64,000 nt of DNA from Phallusia mammillata (Eukaryota). The notes beneath the pieces are model-generated. The model saw only the letters and a program-made list of their open reading frames with translations, did no database searches and was not told the origin of the DNA. The stretch's first letter is position 1. Each line of letters starts with the position of its first letter. Of this stretch, positions 39,379 to 50,300 are shown piece by piece. The DNA is taken from the NCBI GenBank assembly GCA_965637545.1, contig OZ281501.1:17484001-17548000 (forward strand), written 5' to 3'. The translations under genes were made by a program, and so were the position numbers.

Positions 39379-39728
39379 CATGGGTCGGCAACCTTTTGAA
39401 CTCCGCATCCCGGTTTATTTGTCATGTTAAAATAGTAATAATGACCTTGCGTGCCAACATTGTTTTGTACAACGATGGTTTATGCCAGTTGATTTGAATA
39501 GTAATTAACAATAAACGTATAAGTAATTAACAATAGTAAAAACAGACATATTGGTATTTGCAACTTGCATTTTTGGTATTATTAAATCATAACTACATGA
39601 AAAAAAACGATGTATTAGTTTTAATTATATCAAGCTCTTTTAATATGAAGTTGAATAGTACGAGCAATGATATACCATCTCGCGTAGATGCCAGGGACTG
39701 TCTTTAACTTGTGTTGCGACTCGGCCTA
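39379..39728. mobile_element. Possible decayed hAT MITE
   Basis: Left end catgggtcggcaacc resembles the CAGGGGTCGGCAACC-type TIR; right end is degenerate. Confidence 0.35.
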
Positions 39729-39806
39729 ATACTTAAATGGTTTGTGGGAGTTTTCGGTCAAATTCTGGGACCAATTTTAAACCAGTACCAACCGCATTCA
39801 ACTTAC

Positions 39807-40829
39807 TTTCCCGCAAAATGAGCTGCGAGCTTCACTTGCGCCTCTTTGTCCTTCATGTTCGCAGCCAAGTGGGTAAAGTCCCCCATCGGGTAGCGTTTCT
39901 GCACCAGTTCGTCGCTCCGCTTGCTGGCGCTGTTGGTATCTTCCTCTGCTGCCGTATCCAGCTCGCTGGCGTAACGGGGTTCGTAGTTTTTGAGTAAAAG
40001 GTCAAGAAAGTCGGAGTCATCAAGTGACAATAACTGCTGAATCAGCAATAAATCTTCAACCATTTCGTTTTCGGTTGGCTGTTTTTCTGGCATTGTATTG
40101 GCCGGTGTGTCGTTTTCGGGTCTGTGATTGAAAGTTGTATGTTTGGTAAAGCCGATGCAAATGTAAGATAATATATAGGATGTCGATTTCAATCGTTTTG
40201 GGTATGTTGTGTAACAACCACAAATTAATTCTACGATAAGTACTGTTTGCGTATAACATAACCTTGCATGGTAATGGAGACCCTATAAATAGGACGTTGA
40301 AGCGTTGGTAAAAACAATAGATTTGCCAGAAGAGAATCGTTTAGTTCGTATGTTATGCCTGGCAGCAACGGTTCATATACTTGCACACTAAGTTTGATTG
40401 CGAACGTTCAGGTCTTACAAATAGCAAACCCAGTGTAAAGAATTTATTTTCAAATCTTTATAGTCAGGATCTGTCCAGTCCAAGTGTTTAGCTTCAACCT
40501 TATTGTTATTGCTGTATTTACTAATAGTGACATAGCGGTAAAGAAATGCTGGAAATATGGGCACTTTTGTACTTTTAGTCCCGAAATTATGCAGTTTGAA
40601 CCCCTACTACCTTTTTATTGAGTCTAGAGGAATCGAGACATTGATTATAATTAATTCATGACAATTTAACGACGTGGTTGTTTGCGGTACAGAGTTGCCA
40701 TCGAGTTCTTTGAAAACACCGACTTTTCTTTCATCATTTAAACCCAACCTACCTTTCTATAATAGATGCAGCTCTCGTGACAGCAATGACAGATAAACAG
40801 ACGATGACTGTGCGCAATAAATTAGCCAT
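39807..40829 (-). CDS. Secreted peptide precursor D (about 131 aa) encoding a secretin/PACAP/glucagon-family-like 27-mer amide
   Basis: Exons 40829-40753 (MANLLRTVIVCLSVIAVTRA-ASIIE, donor gtaggt, phase 2) and 40121-39807 (acidic pro-region ...SASKR-SDELVQKR-YPMGDFTHLAANMKDKEAQVKLAAHFA-GK, donor gtaagt). Ends GK* both unspliced and if spliced to the acceptor at 39154. Confidence 0.85.
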
Positions 40830-41059
40830 AGTTTGATATTGATGTACAATATTTTCGTTGTTTTACAAAAATGTGTTCTGAAAAAGACGAATTGTTAAAA
40901 ATCACTAAGTTTGTTATTAGCTATCCCAGACCAAAAACTACGCTGTTACTTTGAATAGTTCGTTTCTTAACTCAGACTTGATAACAGGTGTGCATGAGCA
41001 TGACACACTCCGTTGTCAAATTGTCTCAATTTGAAATCTATCATAAGTATCACAAATAC

Positions 41060-41790
41060 TCCCTAAGGTTCCGTTATCGCCAGACGATCTATGGTTGAAT
41101 CTTCTTCATGCACGAGTTGATATATTCACTTTTACAAATTTTGACTTTCAATTCGCTAAAACTCCTATAACGTGCCTTGCTTTATTGCGAGAGGCCGACT
41201 GGAATGGTACCATCGGACAGACTATGGTTGAATTTACTTCATGTGCTGGTTAATATATTCACTGCTACGAATTTTGACTTCAAATTCGAAAAAACTCTTA
41301 CACCATGCCTTGCTTTATTGCGAAAGACTGACTCGACTTACAGTAGCGCCAGACAAACTAAATTCACTTTATACTCGGGATATCATATTCACTTCTACGC
41401 ATTTTGACTTATACATCGCAAAACTTCTGTAAGGTGTCTATGCTTTATCGCAAAAGACCAATGATATCTTAGCGTCAAACGAAATGAATCCATTTTAGGC
41501 TCGGGTTAATTTACTTCCACAAATTTTGACTTGTAAGTCGCAAAAACATTCGTAACGTGCCTTGTTGTATTGCAGAAGACCGACTCGACTTTTGTAGCGC
41601 CGGACGAACTATGGTTCAATTCACTTTACGTCTAGGTTTATATATTCACTGCTGCGAGTTTTGACTTGCAAGTCGCAAAAACCACCATGACGTGCTTTGC
41701 TTTATCGCGAGACAGACTACACTTCTGTAGCGTAAGAGGAACTGTGGTTGCATCTACTTCAGGTACGGGTTAATATATTAACTTCGAAAA
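41060..41790. repeat. Degenerate tandem repeat, about 130-bp unit, 5-6 copies
   Basis: TTTTGACTT anchors near 41138, 41271, 41401, 41523, 41659, each followed by ...tgc(c/t)ttgctttat(t/c)gc...gact...tagcgcc...ctatggtt...atatattcact. Confidence 0.85.
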
Positions 41791-43077
41791 TTGTTTGACG
41801 AGCTCTGTCGTAATTGACTATCTGTCAGGTTTTGTAATCGCCTTGCGTTCCCCATATGTCGCAATTACTAAAAATCTTATGTGACCTGAACCAATATTTG
41901 GCACCGGAGCCGGGGCGCCATACAATACGCCACATCCCCCAAATGGCGTCGCACAAATCCTCTGATCATTTTTACCCCAAATTGCGGTTCTCGTGCTACT
42001 CAAACATATACTGCTACCCCGTGGCATTTGTGACGCGTCTGCCTTCTCGCGTGAATCGTTTATGGAAACATAGCGTGCTGGCTGAAGTGTTTGAGTCGCG
42101 TGACAATGTTTGTTCTACGCTTTTTCGTTCTTTTATCGCTACTACAGAGATTTTTCATTGATTTTTACCCAAATATTTTCCCTATTTCGCCGCAACGCAT
42201 CTGCCCACCCACGATTGGGTTTACGCTAAAACGCGACAGATTTTCTAATCGCCACTGCTGACTGCGAATCACTACAGGAGAAAATCAACCATTTATCTTG
42301 GCTTCTCATTATGTATGAGTTATTACCCTTTGGCTTTCTGTGCTTCCGTTGATTGATTATACGCTACAATCCACTTCCGTTTTTAGCATAACCTTTTGTT
42401 TCGATGCTTCCACAAACAAACGTAGAAAATACCTCGATTGTGCGTCATTGTGATGTCACTATTTTTTAGAATACCATGTTCAGTAAAAGCACTTGTGTTT
42501 CTAATCTCGTATAAAACAAAAACGGTCTAATCCTGATTCAAATTTATGAATACATCAAGTCATTCATCCTTGAGAACTCAAGATAAATATATTTTGTCTA
42601 CCTATGCGGCATCATGGGTATCTATAGGCAACCACAAGCTATTCTGAAGTATATGTTCTTTTCCTTTTGACCATCTCAGAAACTATGTTATACGTTACAA
42701 AGGTACTGGTTATTATGATGGACAAACAACAACTGTCATTTTTCCCATTTTGTTCTGTCTTACACTACAAGTGTTTAATAAATTTCCAAGCTTTTTCCTA
42801 ATAAAACAAAATTTATCTCATTTGATACCAAACACTATTGACAGTGAACACTGTTTCGACCTACAGGCATGGCTTTCGACCCAAAGCGTCATACCTCACC
42901 TATTCTGTTCGATGCCACAACTGGGCATAAACCACAGAGGAAACTGGCTTACAATGGCCAAGCAACTGTTTGGGAACCAAAGTGACGTCGGCTCGGTGTC
43001 ACAGCCTGTTACTCCTATCAAACTGGAGTGCCGTAGGAGCAACACTAGCCAATATACGGCCTATATCTTGCCACCAA

Positions 43078-43129
43078 CTGCACTGATGAGACCTTATAGG
43101 TCGAAACAGAGAATCTGCGCTGTTTGCAG
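43078..43129 (+). ncRNA. Complete type I hammerhead ribozyme
   Basis: Stem I CTGCA/TGCAG, core CTGATGA, stem II GACC-ttata-GGTC, GAA, stem III ACAG/CTGT, cleavage triplet GTT (43122-43124). Confidence 0.75.
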
Positions 43130-45293
43130 CTTATCATTTATTGGCTTGATGCTGGTATGTTTGTATGATTTGACAACTATCTCTAGAGTTTACAGTGAAT
43201 CTGGTCGCAAAATAACAAGCACATTGATTTGCTCAGAAACAAACTAAGAATTGGAATTGCTCGCTGGCACTGCACTAAAACTGGAACAGTTAAACGGTCC
43301 TCACTCTGTTTGAAATTTAAACGTCTTCGCTGGCTGCACAACCTTTATTCAAAAGGCCGCTTTAGGCCCGCGATTTGCAGTATGCACACCACTGTTTTGT
43401 ACGTTCTTTTGTCTTTGTCACTTTAACAACATTCTAACCTTCTCGTGTTAAAGCAACATAGCCACATGGGACTTCTAAAATCGTATAAGCCAAAAAAGTG
43501 GGAACAAACTGATGTTAACCTGGAATTAACTTAATTTTAAGGATATCATACCGCGTCAGACCCAGGGATAATGTGTTTAACTAGGAAATCGTTTCATTAA
43601 TATTAATGACCGAGCTGGCACTGAAATCCTATAGGGAGTCGAGGGTCAATTCTTAAGCTGTCAATTATACTTGATAGCGCGATTGCCTTACGCTGTTAAA
43701 CAGGTGTGATTCAATAGCCTCGTGCCACACGTTCTTGTTGTAAAATGTGTACTTGTCTCCTTACATTTTGTGCTAACTATCGCAAGGCTTATATGTAAAC
43801 TCTGCCCAACATCATCGCATTTCGCTTGATGATATAATAATAACGTTTTAAACTAAAATGTAATCAACGTGGTTTACCCAGCTTCTTGTGTTTAGCATGT
43901 TAACCACCTTAAGAAAAAAATTCAACGTTTCATATAACTTTTAGTAGTATAACAATGATAAACCACTACTTATACGTGAATATTGTTTTTTAAGTTTAAA
44001 CAAGCGATTTCTAACAATGACACTGTCTCAACAGAAAAATACCCGCCGAACATTTTAACTAAATATATTAATATTTTTGCAAACAAATCAAGAATCGTAA
44101 AAAACGACACTTGTAAAAAACATAAAATAATGTAACCTTCTCACTCTATATACTTGCATTAAAATTGTTAAGTGCTTTCTTGATTTTAAAACTCTATTTA
44201 AAAACCCCCCGATGACTATTTTATCTTTCCTTGTCGCGCTACCGTCAAGTAAAGTAAACGTTGTCCCAAATAGCGCGACTTCTGGTTTGCAGGAGTTGCT
44301 TCTTATAAAAGCAACCACTAACATTTGCAACATAACATGTTTACGTCCTTATCTTTTCACACGCACACTTCCAGCGAAATTGTAATCCTTGTGCACGGAA
44401 GCGCGCGCGTTACAATAACTGAGAATTGGAACAAAGTTGTAATTACGGGCTCTGCTCCGATGCCAAGGGATTTTCACGCCTTTTCTTGAACTTCAGGTCT
44501 ATTCTTTACCCGGTGTTAATTATTCATCATGTGTTGTCGTGGGGGGCTTCGCTACCCTGCCACAAATTGTAGAACCAACCGCGTTCCACACGTTTCTTAT
44601 TATTATCCTGGCAATTATTTCGTCTTATGTGACGTCACATCAATGCAATTTGAATGTTACGTTATTAGGTAGAAGGTCAAACAGGCCGTTGAAGTTGATC
44701 ATGACATTTTGTTTCAATTCTAAGATAAACATATTCATACTGGGATCAGCCCTGAAGCGTTATTTCAATTCTGTCTTACATATTTGGACCAATAATTTGC
44801 GTTACGATGAAGTATCTTTGCTGCAGGGTTCTTAATTTATCATTTTTTGTATTCACTTCAAATTGTTGAACACAAGTTTTTTTTCCGGTCAAATTTAATT
44901 TCTTTATCTTATATACTTAAAATAATTTCTAAACTGTTAGTTGTTACAAAACCGGATTTTCTAACAATTCTTAAGTTTGTTGACTTTGTACATCACATGT
45001 ATTGAAATTAGTATTTAGGAACTGTTCACTGAAGCTTATGTCATTTAAAATCCATTTTCTTGTTAAATATCAAAGAAGGTCATGCATTCGGTCTGAAGGT
45101 CACTGATTAAATCTAAATGTACAAATTACGTCTGGAGTCCGAAGAACTGGAAGTGGCAATCTGGCTTGTGTGGCAAATTTTTAATGAGATTAATTTTTAG
45201 TTCAGTGAATTTTGCAATAACTGTTATTCTTGGCAGTCTAACGAGGGCAAGGTTGTTTTGTGTTTTCCAATTAACGTGAAATTCGTTGTTCCA

Positions 45294-45337
45294 GCAGACA
45301 GTTCACACTGTTTCCACCTATGAGGTCTCATCAGTGC
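45294..45337 (-). ncRNA. Near-intact type I hammerhead, same family as 43078-43129
   Basis: GCA-CTGATGA-GACC tcata GGTG-GAA-ACAG tgtgaa CTGT-C-TGC; GTC cleavage triplet; one mismatch at the base of stem II. Confidence 0.6.
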
Positions 45338-45759
45338 ACCCGGTGACTTTATGACACAGTTGTTGTTGATGCAGTCATGCCGTTTATACCTTACTTTGAA
45401 GAATTTTCAATTTTTATCAAACTGCGGCAAATTTACTGACAAACAAAAGAGAGAAGGTGTTTTATTTTGGGTGTAATCTAGTGGTCGTGCGGTTCTGTTC
45501 AATTATTGATTTCGGATGTCTTCATTTAATTTCCGGTGATTCTTAGCCGTATCGATTTCCAACCGTTACTCCTGTACGGCTAAAGTACGGATCTTTGTGT
45601 ACGTGCGAACAACAGCAATTTTGTTTTGCCAACTCTTTAGGAAAACAAATTTCCAGGTAGAACCCATTTTCAGCCTGTAGTGCCTAAATAGTTTAAAATT
45701 CAGGCTATTTGCCACACAAAAACCAATGTAGGTTATAGTTTACCAGTTTACCTCTAGCG

Positions 45760-45995
45760 CATTGGTTCCCAAAGGAAATTTTTTAGATTTGAGTGGAGGC
45801 ATTTATTTGCATTTGCTGATGTGGTTTGTAAATAAACACTTTAACTCTGGGTATATGACCTGTGAAGTTGATAAAAGACCCAATTTCAAATGATCTTTGT
45901 ATGGTTTAGCATCTACTATGTAGTATATTGGGGAGAAATGTATATGCTTTGAATTGTTAAGGGAGGAATTTGTCGAAATAGGTTGGGAACCACTG
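45760..45995. mobile_element. hAT MITE, about 236 bp
   Basis: Ends CATTGGTTCCCAA / TTGGGAACCACTG; second partial copy at 26520-26700. Confidence 0.7.
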
Positions 45996-47364
45996 CTCTA
46001 TTGCATAGACCGCCGACCCAACTCTATAAAACGCCAAAGTTTAGAGTTACAGCCTAGTTAGAGAAGCCCTTGTTAAGGAGGACGTTTTTTATCGCAACTT
46101 GCCTCGTTTCGGCTCAACTGCGACAACTAGTGGTATTGATATATAGGTTCATAAATTATTCAACCTTCAAATAATAATTGATTGAAGTAAAATTTGAATG
46201 AATGATGACTGTTGGTATGTAACGCCTTAATAACTGACTTAAAAGTATAGTTTGGTTTTTAGTACAAACATCACCCGTTAGTCAAAATACGTCCGGACGT
46301 GCATAATGTTTGTATGTTTCGAAAATATATTATTTTGAAATTGTTACTCTGCATCACATGACTCTGATCTGGTTCTAACTCTCAAAAAACAAACTCACAG
46401 AAGAACGCTGCATTGTATTTCAAGGTATGCAAGAAATTTTCCCGAGTGCAAAAAAGGAAATTTGAATTTTGGAGCACGAAAAAACAAAACACTTTTTTCA
46501 ATTTTCACAAAACAGGGCAAGTAACGTAAATTTGAATGTGCGTTATACACAAATATTTCACCGTTCGAACCAACAATTTTCTATGTCATCGTTTATTATA
46601 GATCTTTTACCATTTTAGGCTTCGAATAGTTACAAGACGAAACTTGCACCTACTTAATATGTGCATTTCTACGATTTTTTAATCAGCATAGTGTGGAGAA
46701 TTTGGAATTTAGCTTCTGTGTATTTCATACAACCGCGGTCGTTTGTACACGCGACTAAAATGTGCTAAATCAAGCTTAGAGTCTCACTACACGTAAGCAG
46801 CCGATGTTCGAAACTTCGAATAGTACCGAAATGATTGAACGCAAATTGATGACGTCACTACCAGGATTTGTTTTGCAGCCAAGCCCACAGACAAAGCAGG
46901 GGTTGCTATATACAGCGTGGTACCGCAGGCTTTGTTTGTAATTTAGATGGTTTGTCGTAACATATTAGTAGAGAATTCGGTTTTTGCTGATGTTTCATAC
47001 GGTTGGAAAGGCACAAGGTGAAACACAGTTTACATGGGAAAATGTTTGGGTGAAATTTGGTACAAAAGAATCATTTTGTGAAGATGTTTTAAGTGTACTT
47101 TTCAAATGACTTATATAAACTTGTTTAAACCGAATGGAGTTACAATAACCCTTTCATTACACAGCAATTTGGCATTCGAAACATCAACAAAAACATAAAA
47201 ATTCTCTAACTAACAACAACACCACTACTTTCAAACCATATAAAATTGGAATAGTTTGTCAGTGGTACCACGAAAAGCCATGACTCTAAGCAATGCATGA
47301 TAATAATTACATGTGAATATATAGTTGTGATAAATCAGTTTCAGCATCTTGAATCTCCCGCAAA

Positions 47365-50300
47365 TTAAATCTCGCTCTCAGATTCACTGGAAGATGAAGA
47401 AGACGATGATGAACTTGAACTACCTCCCTCCCCCTTGGTGGAAGTCCTTGTTTCAACTGTGGATCGTTGGAAGTGTTACAAAGCGAATCTACTAAAGGTT
47501 AGGAACACTATACACGGACTTGAAAAGTAATTTAATCATAAACATAACTGCCAAAGTACTGATGTATACAGAATACATCATGCATACGTTTCAACAATCT
47601 CTGCACTGATGATGACAACAGAGATTGTTGAAACGTTAGCTGCATGATGTATTCTATATACACCAGTACTTTGTGTTTTCAGCTAAGTTTAGACTATTTT
47701 TAGTTGGTTCTGTTTACAAATCGTAAAAATTTCCGCTGTAACAAAGCATAGTTTATACGGGCGTTTGGGCTTCAACCCATGCCTTGATCAGAATTGGGCT
47801 AGGGTGTTTATACGAAGAGTTAGAAACATACCAAAAAGTAAAAATTCCGGTGTAACAAAAGAACAAAGCATAGTAATACGGGCGTTTTGGCGTTAACCGA
47901 TGCCTTAAGCACAATTGGGCTAGGGTCTTTATACGAAAAGTTAGAAACATATCCGTGGAGTGTGTTTTCGAGCAGTTTTATGAAGCTAATTTCCAGTCCT
48001 ACGCCGACGTAGACTTGGTTACATTTGCAGCAGTTGAGTAATTGAAGATGTTATAGCCATTAACGTATGTTTTCATGCAGTGAGTTGTTGGATATCGTTG
48101 CGACAAATTATCTTCTTTTAATCATTGGTTAAAGATTGTCCAATGTAATGAGCCATCAATTTTGCTGTTCAACATTTCGATTTTATTCGAAGAACAGCTA
48201 GGCAGTGCTTTATAGTAATACAAAGTGGTAAAGTATTGTAAAAAAACCTTACCTTTTGGTGGTAAACGGGTTGGCACAACAAAAATCGACAAATTATTTG
48301 ATCAATTATGGCACAATGTTGCTACAGACCCAAAAGTTTATCAGTGATTTAATCTTGAACTTACAATCGCCAACAATTTTCCAGTAAAGAGATTTTGTAG
48401 TGTAGTTAAAACTTGTAAATTATTTCTTCACAGTGTTTGCCAACTGTTCCAGGGACAAATCATTGAAGCTAAGCGCTCGGTTGAAATGTTTCTTACGGAA
48501 CAAATTATAATTTCTGCCAGTTGGAATTACTTTTGGGTCCTCTCATTTAATACTCTTTGATTCGGGCTAGGATGTTACTGCATAGATACATAAAAAACTA
48601 CAAAGCGGCAATTTCGGAATCACCCGACTACAAAATTAGGCTAGCACAAAAGCGGCAATGAGAAGTTTGTTAAACAAAGTAGCGATGCAATGGATATGAC
48701 TTATGTGGCAGTGTCGGTTTGGTCACCGGTTGAAACTTTCACATTGGTGCTGTTCTCGGCCGAGTCGTCCACCGCGCTGCTGAGCATGTTAATGAGCTCA
48801 TCGTCGATAACTCCATCACCACCGTCGTTCGTAGTGTCTTCAAATGACCACAAAATACTGCGTTGGTGCACAGACGTGGGAGCGGGACTTAACGGGTCGT
48901 TTGGGAGCAGGGTATAAAATTGACGTTGTGGCAAATAGCAGTTTAATGGTGGTATAGGCTCATTTTCTACTGATTCGCTTGAGCTATGTGATTGTATGCT
49001 TGGCTTACCGGTGACCACTTTCTTTTCGATCACAATGCTCTTTTCCCCGCTGCTGCCTGAAGCGTTGACCGACACGAACGATGTTGAGTTGATTCTGTTG
49101 ATGAGAGCTTAATTGCTAGCATGATCGGCAATTGTAGATATTCAAATTTTACGATTTTGCTCATTTGACAATAGGGTATGTTTTAGAGATTGCTAATCAT
49201 GTAAAATGATTGCAGGCAATGTTTCATGTTGTCCTACTTCTTGCCTCCTAATGCAGTTGTTTATTAGAGTTTTAAGTGTGCAGTTAATACTGTTTTTTGT
49301 CAAGAGCCTTATTGTATAGGGATTGACAATCATGTGAAATGATTGCAGGCAATGTGTGAATTTGTCCTGTTTGTAGCCACTTAATGGAGTAATTTATCAT
49401 AGTACTTGCTATTTTCGTCCAGAGCCTTATCGTATAGCGCTCGAAGGAGGCTTATAGATGTCCAAACTACATTTTGCTTTTAATATTTTCGAGAGTAATT
49501 TATCATAACTTTTTTTTACCTATCCTCTTCGCTATCTAGCAGTTTTCTGTATGTTTGAATCTCCAAATCCAGTGACAACTTCAGGTTAAGAAGCTCGTTG
49601 TAATCCACCATTTGCCTTGCAACCTTGCCACGAGCACCGTCTAATTCCTCTTCCAATTCCTAAAAGTTAAAATGATTCGACTTTTTGTGCACCTCTTTGT
49701 ACGTGCTTAAATACTGCATCAAGTCCATCTTAATCGCAGAACAATTTACAACCAAATTGCACAAGAGCTTGTATACATCGAAAACATTTAATTGGAAACG
49801 TTTTAACCATTCATGTTGCGAGAAGCTTCTACTTCCACGGTGACCGAATGATTAGCATAACCGCACTGTGTCGACAAGGTTGTGAATCATAATCACAATT
49901 CGGCTAATTGTATTTTTCTGAACAAAAACTTGCGTGACATTTCTCCAACCCTGAGAAACCTGAAGGGTTAAACTAAGTCCCAGCTTTCTAAGTCCAAAAA
50001 CATCAAATAAAAAATTATACATCGGACTTGCAGTAACACTCGAAGGCAAACTCATTGAGAACAAACACAGGCAGTTTCATTTTACCGCAAAGTGGCGCTA
50101 AGGCGCATTATTTTGGCGATTTCTATGACCAATTTACCTGAATGCGGTTGTGACAATTCCTCAAATCCGTGTCGTAGCGGTTTTCCAATTCCTCCAACTG
50201 ACTTTCCATTGTAGAGTTCTGAAAATTTCCATAATAAAGTTGTTGTCAGTTGGAATACGGGCATACAAGTAAGAGGAATACAAGAGAGTTTAAACATAAA

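Noticed and set aside
42750-43247. 165-aa plus ORF
   Set aside because: No recognisable domain; overlaps hammerhead-family repeat sequence.
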